This document shows, piece by piece, positions 25,948-34,329 of a stretch of 56,922 nucleotides of DNA (its first letter is position 1; the number at the start of each line of letters is the position of its first letter). Location of the stretch: positions 1-56,922 of the forward strand of contig CACYCI010000008.1 in the NCBI GenBank assembly GCA_902772845.1, written 5' to 3'. The position numbers and the translations under genes are program-made. Under the pieces are notes generated by a model. It was not told the origin of the DNA and did not search any database. It saw only the letters and a list, made by a program, of their open reading frames with translations. The DNA comes from an uncultured Ruminococcus sp. GTDB lineage: Bacteria; Bacillota; Clostridia; Oscillospirales; CAG-382.

Positions 25948-25998
25948 AAAAATGAACATACGCTTTGTGCATTTTTGTCAACAGAGAGCGCGGCGGAA

Positions 25999-26469
25999 TC
26001 AATTGCCGGATATCTCAACGGCGGTTATCGTGAACGTATAACGCGCGGTCTCGTTTTCAAGGACGAGCTTTTCCCGCAAGAGCAGCGGCGTGCCGTCTTT
26101 TGCATAAAAACTGCCTTCGCTTTCGTAACCTTCCACGCTAAGCACCATGTCGAGCACGCTGAAATAAGAAGAGCTTATATCCTCCTCTTGCGCGCCGACG
26201 ATGACTTTTTCGTAAGCCGGTGAAGTCTGCGTGGTCGTGACGGTGCCGAACGGATTCGTTCCGGATTTAAGAAAAACCTCGCTGCCGTCGGTCAGCGTGC
26301 CGATCGCGGCGTTGGACACGGCGTCAGAATGCACGGTCACCGAAAAGGTCTTGACCTCGGTGCTGATCAGCGCGTCTTTGATCTGATTGCGGAATATCAG
26401 CGCCGCCGCGATGCCGATTATCACGATGATAATGAGCAGATCAAACAGATTGAATCTTTTTGTTTTCAT
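25999..26469 (-). CDS. DUF4330-like single-pass membrane protein
   Basis: MKTKRFNLFDLLIIIVIIGIAAALIF is an N-terminal anchor of the DUF4330 type as I remember it, followed by a beta-rich domain. The start forms an ATGA overlap with the upstream paralogue. Confidence 0.7.
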   Translation of the reverse strand: MKTKRFNLFDLLIIIVIIGIAAALIFRNQIKDALISTEVKTFSVTVHSDAVSNAAIGTLTDGSEVFLKSGTNPFGTVTTTQTSPAYEKVIVGAQEEDISSSYFSVLDMVLSVEGYESEGSFYAKDGTPLLLREKLVLENETARYTFTITAVEISGN

Positions 26470-26834
26470 TCCTTATCTTCCTCCGTTTCTGTTACGGAAT
26501 ATACCTCGCCTTCGGCGCGGACGCGTTTGGTCGTAAAGACGATCTCTTCGCCTGCCTTCGGCATGGAAGCGGCCCGCGTCGACTCGAACGAGATCGCCAC
26601 GAATCTCTTGCCGCCCGCAACGGTATCCGAAACGATCTTGCCCTGCCTGCCGCACAGTTCAGCGGCCTCGCCGCCGGAAAACGGCGTTCCGGGCCCGTTT
26701 TCTATACATACCGTAAGTTCTACTTTATATGAAGCGGTCGAGAAATCGCGTATCAGCAGCATTATCACCGAAAAGCAGACGGCGAACAGCGCGGTGAACA
26801 ATATAACGTCTATAACGTTGAACTTTGATTTCAT
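26466..26834 (-). CDS. DUF4330-like single-pass membrane protein (shorter paralogue)
   Basis: MKSKFNVIDVILFTALFAVCFSVIMLLI anchor. It has the same architecture as the downstream gene and lies 10 nt after the stop of the large membrane protein gene. Confidence 0.65.
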   Translation of the reverse strand: MKSKFNVIDVILFTALFAVCFSVIMLLIRDFSTASYKVELTVCIENGPGTPFSGGEAAELCGRQGKIVSDTVAGGKRFVAISFESTRAASMPKAGEEIVFTTKRVRAEGEVYSVTETEEDKE

Positions 26835-26844
26835 ACCGTATACC

Positions 26845-28608
26845 TCAACTGTAGTCGTCGGCTATGTCGTGGCGCGGTATTGCGTTCCCGCTTGCACTGA
26901 CGGCGCCGCAAAGCGCCCAGAACAGCAGAAGGTATTGCCTTGCGCCCAGCGTGTTCGAGCATAGACCCAATATCAGTATCGCCGCCAGCGACGCAACGGC
27001 GGCGGCGCAGAACTGCCGCATCCCTTCGGAAGGCGCCGCGGCGGAAGTTATAGCCCTTGAAAGCAGCATGAACAGCATCAGCACGATCAGCGCGCAGCCA
27101 AGCAGACCGAAAGAACTTATGAAAGCAGCGTAAAGGTTGGCGCCGCATTCGCCGCCGCCGAAAATAAGCTGCGTCGCGCTGAGTCCGGAAAACTGCGGCA
27201 CGAGCACGTTCACGGGCTCGAACCTGACCACGCCCGAAGCGACGAACTTGACCAGCCAAATCGCGGGAAGTATGATGGCGTAAGCGAATATAACGTTGAA
27301 GAATCGCTCGGAGCGGAATGTGAAATAAACGAACGTGCAAATTATCAGCGTCAGCAGCACCGCGTCCGAAAGCAAAAGCGCCGTTTCTATGACTGCGGCG
27401 GTGAAGAATACCGCTTTTAATATGGAAGGCATCTTGAAAGTCCGGCTGCGCACCACGCAGAGCACCCACAGCACCGATATCACGGTGAGCAGAGGATCGT
27501 GGAGCAGCAATTTTACCGGAAGCGCGTTCGCCACTGTTCCGGGCGCAAGCCCGAAAAGCACCATCAGACTTTCGACGGCGCCTGCCGCAGTATTGACGCC
27601 CAGCCCGAGTGCAAGGCATACAGCGCACTTGCGCAGCAGATCGACGCTCCTCAACAGATTGGACGCCATTATGAAAACGCATGCGGTTATCGCCGTACGG
27701 GCGGCGCTTTCAGCAGGGAAAGCGAGCACGAAGACGATCGCGGCGAACAACGCTATGATGTCTTCGCTTTTGAACATGAGATTGCGCTTGCCGCGCAGCA
27801 GTTTGAGAATGTAAGAGATAAGTGCCGCGGTGATAGTATAAAAGATAATGTCGGAATCAGCGGCGGGTATGAGCATGACCGCTGCCAGAAGTCCGCTTTC
27901 GGGCGAATACATCACCAAAGCCAGAAGGAGCAGCGCGAGGATCCACAAAAAAACCGTGGGCGCCGTGAAAAAATACGAAGCGACGCCGAAAGACAGCCCG
28001 CTGAAAAAAGCAAATGCAAACCGGTTGCGCGGCTGAGCCCCTGCGTTTATCGCCATACGGTTAATGCCGAGCGCGTCGAAGAAGACAAAAGACAAAAAGG
28101 CGCTGCGGCAGAATTTTTCGCCAAGCGACTTTTTGGAAACGAGCATGAAACCGCCCGCCGTGAATGCGAGCGTTATGAACAGTATTTCTTTGTAGAGCAG
28201 CACAAGCGCTTCGCCGCGTATGACGCGGACGGCGCATACCAGCGCAGAATAAAAGCCGGAAGAAATCAGGAACACGCCCGCAGACCTTACCGAAGCCGTG
28301 GAAAGCGCCGCGAAAAAGCGCCTGTATACGCCTACGGCCGCGCTGGATTCAACTCCCGATGCAAAGCCGTGACGGATTTTAGCGGCGGTGTCCGAAAGCA
28401 CGGCGCCGCGTACCGCGTTCACGGTCAGACTGCCGGAAGATGCGGAATCGATCTTTTCGGAACATCCGAAAATGCGCGCCAAAAAACTGCCGCTCAAAAA
28501 CGCGGCGAATCTTTCGGAGCAATATGACAAAAGCGAAACTAGCAGACTGCCTGAAACAAGTCTGCCGAAAAAGCTTTTCTTTTTAACTGCCTTTCGCACG
28601 TTTTGCAT
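26845..28608 (-). CDS. large polytopic integral membrane protein of unknown function (Wzy/O-antigen-ligase-like topology possible)
   Basis: I prefer the internal ATG at 28608 with RBS AGGTGGA (MQNVRKAVKKKSFFGRLVSGSLLVSLL...). It is about 587 aa with 10 or more hydrophobic helices and overlaps the trmD 3' end by 26 nt. Confidence 0.7.
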   Translation of the reverse strand: MQNVRKAVKKKSFFGRLVSGSLLVSLLSYCSERFAAFLSGSFLARIFGCSEKIDSASSGSLTVNAVRGAVLSDTAAKIRHGFASGVESSAAVGVYRRFFAALSTASVRSAGVFLISSGFYSALVCAVRVIRGEALVLLYKEILFITLAFTAGGFMLVSKKSLGEKFCRSAFLSFVFFDALGINRMAINAGAQPRNRFAFAFFSGLSFGVASYFFTAPTVFLWILALLLLALVMYSPESGLLAAVMLIPAADSDIIFYTITAALISYILKLLRGKRNLMFKSEDIIALFAAIVFVLAFPAESAARTAITACVFIMASNLLRSVDLLRKCAVCLALGLGVNTAAGAVESLMVLFGLAPGTVANALPVKLLLHDPLLTVISVLWVLCVVRSRTFKMPSILKAVFFTAAVIETALLLSDAVLLTLIICTFVYFTFRSERFFNVIFAYAIILPAIWLVKFVASGVVRFEPVNVLVPQFSGLSATQLIFGGGECGANLYAAFISSFGLLGCALIVLMLFMLLSRAITSAAAPSEGMRQFCAAAVASLAAILILGLCSNTLGARQYLLLFWALCGAVSASGNAIPRHDIADDYS

Positions 28609-29296
28609 TTTCTTCCACCTTTGCAAGCAGATCGGGACGCTTTGCGGCCGTGCGCTCAAGCGACTGTTCACGCTTCCATTTTTCTATGTTGGCGTGATGC
28701 CCGCTTATAAGCACTTCGGGGACTTCCAGCCCTTCATAGACGCGCGGTTTCGTGTACTGCGGATATTCCAGCAGTCCTCCGGCTATGCTTTCGTTTTCGT
28801 AGCATTCGCTGGAAGGGAGCACACCGTCTATAAGGCGGCAGACGCAGTCGGTCAGCACCGCCGCGGGCAGCTCGCCCCCGGTGAGCACGTAATCGCCTAT
28901 GGAGATCTCTTCGTCTATTTCGAGTTCTATAATGCGTTCGTCGATACCTTCGTAATGGCCGCAGAAGATCACGAGGTTGTCGTAAGCCGAAAGCTCTTTG
29001 GCTTTTTCGTGCGTGAGCACCTTGCCCTGCGGCGACATGTATACGGTGCGCACTGTCCCGGAAAGCCGCGATCTGACCGCTCTTATGCAGTCTACCGCGG
29101 GCTGACACGCCATTACCATACCGTAGCCGCCGCCGTAAGGCGTGTCGTCCACCTTGCGGTGCTTGTCCAGCGTGTAGTCGCGTATGTCGGTAAGGCATAC
29201 CGAAACAAGCCCTTTTTCCGCGGCTCTGCCTATTATGCTCTGCTCAAAGAACGGGCGCAGCATATCGGGAAAAAGAGTGAGTATCTCAAAATTCAT
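28583..29296 (-). CDS. trmD: tRNA (guanine37-N1)-methyltransferase
   Basis: The internal ATG at 29296 gives MNFEILTLFPDMLRPFFEQSIIGRAAEKGLVSV...DDTPYGGGYGMVM, a canonical TrmD. Confidence 0.93.
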   Translation of the reverse strand: MNFEILTLFPDMLRPFFEQSIIGRAAEKGLVSVCLTDIRDYTLDKHRKVDDTPYGGGYGMVMACQPAVDCIRAVRSRLSGTVRTVYMSPQGKVLTHEKAKELSAYDNLVIFCGHYEGIDERIIELEIDEEISIGDYVLTGGELPAAVLTDCVCRLIDGVLPSSECYENESIAGGLLEYPQYTKPRVYEGLEVPEVLISGHHANIEKWKREQSLERTAAKRPDLLAKVEENAKRAKGS

Positions 29297-29792
29297 CTTT
29301 CGTCTCAAGCCCTTCCGCAAGGTGCGCGTATACTCCCTCGGCGGGAGAAGCGCTCACTATGAATTCATCCACCGCCGGAACACGCCAGCGTTTTTCGCCG
29401 GATGAGATAAGATAATAAAAGCTGCTCACGCCTTCTTCGACCCCGGCGACCGTGCCGATTTTTTCGGAAGTGTCGGCGTCGAAAACCGGCGCGCCGACGA
29501 TATCGTCGTAGTAGAACGCGCCGTCTTCAAGCGGAAAATCTTCGCGGTCGAACCATACGGTGCGGCCGTTCAGTGCCGAAACGAGCCCGCGGTCCTCGTA
29601 GTCCTTGAAAATGAACGATGGCACGGAAGGACGGTACAGCAGGACTTCAAGAAAGTTCTTGCCGTCCGCGTCGAGATAAAGGCGTTTTATGCCTGCCAGG
29701 AATTCGGGCGAATCACAGTAGCAGGCAAAACGGATCTCGCCTTTGATCCCGCGCGGGGAATTGAGTCTGCCCGCTTCGAGAAAACGTTTCAT
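29286..29792 (-). CDS. rimM: ribosome maturation factor RimM
   Basis: MKRFLEAGRLNSPRGIKGEIRF... plus a PRC-barrel C-terminus. It sits between the KH-protein gene and trmD. Confidence 0.88.
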   Translation of the reverse strand: MKRFLEAGRLNSPRGIKGEIRFACYCDSPEFLAGIKRLYLDADGKNFLEVLLYRPSVPSFIFKDYEDRGLVSALNGRTVWFDREDFPLEDGAFYYDDIVGAPVFDADTSEKIGTVAGVEEGVSSFYYLISSGEKRWRVPAVDEFIVSASPAEGVYAHLAEGLETKDEF

Positions 29793-29794
29793 AC

Positions 29795-30022
29795 TCAGTT
29801 GATGTCAACGATCACGCGCTTGCCTTCCTTGGCTGCGGCGGCGCGGATGACCGTGCGTATGGATTTTGCGATCTTGCCGTTGCGGCCGATCACCTTGCCG
29901 GTGTCGCCTTTGGCGACGCTCAGCTCTAAAACGGTCATATCGCCGCTTTGTTTTTCTATAACCGCGATCTCATCGGGGTTATCGACAAGCGGTGTGACTA
30001 TGTCGATAAGAAGCTGTTTCAT
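29795..30022 (-). CDS. KH-domain RNA-binding protein (YlqC family)
   Basis: MKQLLIDIVTPLVDNPDEIAVIEKQSGDMTVLELSVAKGDTGKVIGRNGKIAKSIRTVI contains the GxxG KH motif. The start is M at 30022 or 30028. Confidence 0.88.
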   Translation of the reverse strand: MKQLLIDIVTPLVDNPDEIAVIEKQSGDMTVLELSVAKGDTGKVIGRNGKIAKSIRTVIRAAAAKEGKRVIVDIN

Positions 30023-30042
30023 TGCCATTCCACCCGAACAGA

Positions 30043-30285
30043 TCAGAGAACGCCGTTGTTCTTGAGTATGGCTTTTACGGTATCGGTGGGCTGAGCTCCG
30101 TTGGAGATCCACTGTTTTGCCTTTTCAGCGTCGAGCTTGATGTCGGCGGGATTGGTCATGGGGTTGTAGTAGCCGATCTCTTCTATGAATCTGCCGTCAC
30201 GGGGATAACGGGAATCCGCTACGACTATTCTGTAGAAAGGAGCTTTCTTAGCGCCCATTCTTCTCAATCTGATCTTAACTGCCAT
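30043..30285 (-). CDS. rpsP: 30S ribosomal protein S16
   Basis: [50 protein letters not shown]. Confidence 0.95.
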   Translation of the reverse strand: MAVKIRLRRMGAKKAPFYRIVVADSRYPRDGRFIEEIGYYNPMTNPADIKLDAEKAKQWISNGAQPTDTVKAILKNNGVL

Positions 30286-30353
30286 TTTTTGTTCCTCCAA
30301 AAATGTTTTTTGTATTTTTATATTTCTGCGGTCATAGAGCCGAAAAATATCCG

Positions 30354-31673
30354 TTAAAAGGGAAAACGCATTTTGCCGAACCGCTTTTTGCCGTTCATTT
30401 GTTTCATAAGCTGCCTGGTCTGTTCGTACTGCTTCAGCACGCGGTTCACGTCTTCCACGGACGTGCCGCTGCCGGCGGCTATGCGGCGCTTGCGTGAAGA
30501 GTTCAAAAGCTCCGGGCGGTTGCGCTCTTTCATTGTCATGGAAAGGATTATCGCTTCGGTGCGGTCGAGCTGCTTTTCGTCTATCTTCAGGTCTTTCATC
30601 TTGCCGGAATTCATCCCGGGGAGCATGGACATGAGCGACTCCATGCTGCCCATGGATTTCAGCTGCTTGAACTGGTCGAGAAAATCGTTCAGTGTGAACG
30701 AGCCCTCGCGCATTTTGCGTTCCAGCTCGGCTGCCTGCTTTTCGTCATACGCCTGCTCGGCTTTTTCTATAAGAGCCAGCGTGTCGCCCATGTCGAGTAT
30801 CCTGCTCGCCATGCGGTCAGGGTAGAACGGGTCAAGACAATCCAGCTTTTCGCCTGTGCCGACGAATTTTATCGGCTTGCCGGTCACGTATTTGACCGAA
30901 AGCGCGGCGCCGCCTTTGGTATCGCCGTCCATCTTCGTGAGGATGACGCCGGTGATATCGAGCAGGTCGTTGAACGATTTGGCTACGTTCACGGCGTCCT
31001 GACCGGTCATGGCGTCTACCACGAGCAATATTTCGGTGGGCGAAACTTTCTCTTTTATGTTCTTCAGCTCTTCCATAAGAGCTTCGTCTATATGCAGACG
31101 GCCGGCGGTATCTATGATAACGGGGTCGAACCCGAATTTGCGCGCGTGTGCAAGCGCTTCCGCAGCGGTCTTTACAGGATCCTGCGTGCCTTTTTCAAAA
31201 ACGGCGCACCCGGCCTGACCGCCTACGACCTGCAGCTGCTTGATCGCGGCGGGGCGGTAAACGTCGCACGCTACGAGCAGCGGATTTTTTCCCTGCTTTT
31301 TCAGCCGCAGAGCCAGCTTTGCCGAATGAGTGGTCTTGCCCGAGCCCTGAAGCCCGCACATCAGTATTACCGTGGGGGCTCGCGGAGCGGTCTCGAGCTT
31401 GGCGACCGTGCCGCCCATCAGGGATATGAGTTCTTCGTTGACTATTTTTACTATCTGCTGCGCGGGGAGCAGACTTTCGAGCACTTCGTTGCCCACGGCG
31501 CGTTCCGACACCTTGGCGACGAAATCTTTTACAACTTTAAAGTTTACGTCCGCTTCGAGCAAGGCGAGCTTTATATCCCGCATGCCGGCCTTGACGTCGG
31601 CTTCGGTCAGCTTGCCCTTGTTCCTGAATTTCTTCAGCGCGGCGGACATTTTTTCGACTAAGCTCTGAAACAT
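30354..31673 (-). CDS. ffh: signal recognition particle protein Ffh
   Basis: NG domain ([20 protein letters not shown]) and a Met-rich M domain. Confidence 0.96.
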   Translation of the reverse strand: MFQSLVEKMSAALKKFRNKGKLTEADVKAGMRDIKLALLEADVNFKVVKDFVAKVSERAVGNEVLESLLPAQQIVKIVNEELISLMGGTVAKLETAPRAPTVILMCGLQGSGKTTHSAKLALRLKKQGKNPLLVACDVYRPAAIKQLQVVGGQAGCAVFEKGTQDPVKTAAEALAHARKFGFDPVIIDTAGRLHIDEALMEELKNIKEKVSPTEILLVVDAMTGQDAVNVAKSFNDLLDITGVILTKMDGDTKGGAALSVKYVTGKPIKFVGTGEKLDCLDPFYPDRMASRILDMGDTLALIEKAEQAYDEKQAAELERKMREGSFTLNDFLDQFKQLKSMGSMESLMSMLPGMNSGKMKDLKIDEKQLDRTEAIILSMTMKERNRPELLNSSRKRRIAAGSGTSVEDVNRVLKQYEQTRQLMKQMNGKKRFGKMRFPF

Positions 31674-31682
31674 CGGTACTCC

Positions 31683-31997
31683 TTATAAATTCAAAAGCTT
31701 CTGCGCTTCCGCTCTGATCTCTAAGGAATCGGAAAGCGCTATGATCTTTTCGGCGCAGGCGCGTATCTCGCGTTCGCGTTTGGCTGCGCCGAGCGTATTT
31801 TCTAACTTGAAAAGCAATTTTTCGCCGGTCACCACGGCGTTGCGCACTCCCTGGCGGGTTATGCCCAGGTCTTCGGAAATTTCCGAAAGGGAAAGATCGT
31901 CGTTGTAGTAAAGATCGAGCACGTCGCGCTGGCGCGGGGAAAGCAAAGGCGAGTAAAGATCGAAAAGCACCGCTATTTCGTTGCGTTTTTCGTTCAT
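31683..31997 (-). CDS. ylxM: YlxM-family putative DNA-binding protein (UPF0122)
   Basis: ...LFDLYSPLLSPRQRDVLDLYYNDDLSLSEISEDLGITRQGVRNAV is a sigma-70 region-4-like HTH. The start is ATG 31997 or GTG 32009. Confidence 0.85.
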   Translation of the reverse strand: MNEKRNEIAVLFDLYSPLLSPRQRDVLDLYYNDDLSLSEISEDLGITRQGVRNAVVTGEKLLFKLENTLGAAKREREIRACAEKIIALSDSLEIRAEAQKLLNL

Positions 31998-32024
31998 AAG
32001 CCCGTTCACCGCCCGTCGTTTACC

Positions 32025-32057
32025 AAAAATGCCTGTAAAGCGTTTTGCTTTACAGGC
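32025..32057 (-). terminator. Rho-independent terminator after the Clp-like gene, overlapping the ylxM-ffh promoter discriminator
   Basis: Minus-strand RNA reads GCCUGUAAAGC aaaac GCUUUACAGGC, an 11-bp perfect stem, followed by AUUUUUGG. Confidence 0.7.
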
Positions 32058-32059
32058 AC

Positions 32060-32088
32060 ATTATACATGGCAAAGCCCGTTTTGTCAA
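32060..32088 (-). promoter_or_regulatory. sigma-A type promoter of ylxM-ffh-rpsP...
   Basis: Minus strand reads TTGACA (overlapping the Clp-like stop codon), 17 nt, TATAAT, a perfect consensus. Confidence 0.6.
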
Positions 32089-34217
32089 GACCTTTTTTCG
32101 GTCACTTTCACACATATTTTGCCGTCCGCGCCGTCAAAAAGCAACGGATGCGACGTTTCTCCCGCCGTAATGCCGTCAAGCGCTTCCGAAGCCGCGTCTT
32201 CGGCAAGGCGCGCGCATTCGCTTACGGTCCGCGTCCCGGCTGCGGCGCCGCGCAGATACTGCTCCAGCCCGCCGCCGAATTCGGCGCGTCCGCAGACTGC
32301 TCCCACGGAGTCGCAGAATATCTTATACGCTATGCGGTAAAGCGTTTCCGCGTCCGGTGAAGGCACGGCGATCGTCTCCGAGGCGAAAGCTTCCGCTGAA
32401 GTCCGCGCTGTGCCTCCCTGACTGACGAAACCGCTCGGAGAAGCGCGCAGCGCACAGTCCGTGATGATGACGAAAGCTCCCGCAAAGCTGACGTCCGTGC
32501 CGGTACCGTCCGTCAGCACGCCGTCTTTCAGTATTTTCCGCACCGCTCCGGCGGCGTCGGGGTGGCACGAAGAAAACGATTCGAATATCACCGCCGCGCA
32601 AGGCGAACGTTTTATACGCTTTACCAGCGTGCGCGCGTCGTCGGCGCCGGGATACCCCGCCGGGGCTCCGGTCAGCTTGAATACCGAATACGCATCGTTG
32701 AATTCGGCAAGGTCTACGGTGATTATTTCCGGGAACCCCGCGCATTCGGCAAACGTGTGCGCCAGAAAGCTTTTGCCGCTTCCGTCCCTGCCGGTTATGA
32801 CCGCGCTTACCGGCGCCTTGCCGCCGCGACGCGTTAGGTATCTGCGGTACAGCGCCGCGAGCGCGTCTATCTGAGCGTCGCGGCAGACGGCGCGGCGCCG
32901 CATCTCTTTTTCAAGCAGCGCGGCGCTTTCTTCGGATCCGCCTTCTATCACTGCAAGCGGTATGCCCGTTATCGCCGCGCAGACACGGTCGATTTCCGCC
33001 TTGCCTATCTCGCACTCGCCTTTGAAAACGGCTTCGCTGGAAGCTTCGTCAATCAGGTCGATCGCCTTGTCGGGAAGCTTTCTGCCGCTAATGAAACGCG
33101 TTGCCGCTCTGACCGATTCGTGCACGGCTTCCGCGCTTATCCGCACTCCGTGATGTTTTTCGTAGTATTTTTTGCTCTGTTCAAGCATTTGTTCGCATTC
33201 GGCGGGCGTCGGCTCGTTGACCGTCACTGGCTGGAATCTGCGCTCAAGCGCGGGGTCTCTGGCAATTATGCGCCGGTATTCTTCGGGCGTGGTCGCGCCT
33301 ATCATTTTTATTTCCCCGCGCGCAAGCGGCGGCTTTAGTATATTCGAAGCGTCGACCGAACCTTCCGCCGAACCCGCGCCGACTATGGTGTGCAGCTCGT
33401 CGACGAAAAGGATCACGTTGTTGTCTTTGGCGTCGCCTATGATGTTTTTCAGCTTTTCTTCAAACTCGCCGCGGTATTTGGTACCCGCCACCACGCCGGG
33501 AAGATCCACCGCGATTATGCGCATCCCTTTCAGCTTTTCGGGCACGTCGCCGCGCTTTATCCTCAGCGCCAGCGATTCGGCAATGGCTGTTTTACCTACG
33601 CCGGCGTCGCCTATAAGGCAGGGATTGTTCTTGGTCTTGCGCATCAGCACCCGCATAACGCGCTCTTCTTCCGCTTCGCGGCACGCAATATCTTCTATGG
33701 CGCCTTCTTCCGCCGCCCGGGTAAGGTCGCGGCCGTTGCGGTCGAGATACGGGGTGGGGCGGCAGATACGTTTTTCCGCTGCCGGTTCCGCGCGCCCCGC
33801 GGATACGGGCGTCCTTTCGCGCTCGAGCGAAGCGAGTATCTCTTCCGCGGAAACTCCTTCGGATTCGATTATCCGTTTGGCTACGCATTCTTCGCCCAAT
33901 ATGGCTTCCAGGATGTGCTCCACGGATATCCAGTCGCCGCCGCGGGCCGCAGATATCCGTCCGGCGATCATCAGTATCTTGCGGCATTTGGGCGTAAGAT
34001 CTTCTCCGCCGCTCCCGGCGCCCACGCCTTCTATCCCTATTATCTGCCGTTTCACGCGGCCGTACGTTATATCCGTTCCTTCAAGACACCGCGGCGCGGA
34101 CCGCGCAATGGCAAGCAGAAGATGCTCGCTTCCCACGTAAGTGTGCCCGCATTCGCGCGCGGCGGATATCGCGTCGGCTATTACCTGCTTTGCGTCCTGT
34201 GTGAATTTGTTTGTCAT
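32085..34217 (-). CDS. ClpC/ClpA-like AAA+ ATPase with intact D1 and degenerate D2
   Basis: I prefer the ATG at 34217 with RBS GGGGAGAG. It has Clp_N repeats. D1 has Walker A GDAGVGKT and Walker B ILFVDELH. D2 has Walker A GRDGSGKS, but Walker B reads AAVIFESFSS where ClpC has VVLLDEIEKA. Confidence 0.85.
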   Translation of the reverse strand: MTNKFTQDAKQVIADAISAARECGHTYVGSEHLLLAIARSAPRCLEGTDITYGRVKRQIIGIEGVGAGSGGEDLTPKCRKILMIAGRISAARGGDWISVEHILEAILGEECVAKRIIESEGVSAEEILASLERERTPVSAGRAEPAAEKRICRPTPYLDRNGRDLTRAAEEGAIEDIACREAEEERVMRVLMRKTKNNPCLIGDAGVGKTAIAESLALRIKRGDVPEKLKGMRIIAVDLPGVVAGTKYRGEFEEKLKNIIGDAKDNNVILFVDELHTIVGAGSAEGSVDASNILKPPLARGEIKMIGATTPEEYRRIIARDPALERRFQPVTVNEPTPAECEQMLEQSKKYYEKHHGVRISAEAVHESVRAATRFISGRKLPDKAIDLIDEASSEAVFKGECEIGKAEIDRVCAAITGIPLAVIEGGSEESAALLEKEMRRRAVCRDAQIDALAALYRRYLTRRGGKAPVSAVITGRDGSGKSFLAHTFAECAGFPEIITVDLAEFNDAYSVFKLTGAPAGYPGADDARTLVKRIKRSPCAAVIFESFSSCHPDAAGAVRKILKDGVLTDGTGTDVSFAGAFVIITDCALRASPSGFVSQGGTARTSAEAFASETIAVPSPDAETLYRIAYKIFCDSVGAVCGRAEFGGGLEQYLRGAAAGTRTVSECARLAEDAASEALDGITAGETSHPLLFDGADGKICVKVTEKRS

Positions 34218-34300
34218 ATGCGCTCTCCCCGTGTCGGACCGTATACGGACCTCATCATTCAATATGGTATGAAAAATTGCGTGAAAAGGTTAAAAAACCA

Positions 34301-34329
34301 TTGCTTTATTGCGGATGATTTGTTATAAT
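34301..34329 (+). promoter_or_regulatory. sigma-A type promoter overlapping the start of CDS 34328
   Basis: TTGCTT, 17 nt, TATAAT, with a TGn extended -10. The -10 ends at 34329. Confidence 0.5.

Noticed and set aside
26831-27682. A 283-aa alternative-frame ORF on the same strand inside the large membrane protein gene.
   Set aside because: It is extremely Arg/Ala-rich. It is out of frame with a hydrophobic, TM-rich reading frame that is far more protein-like.
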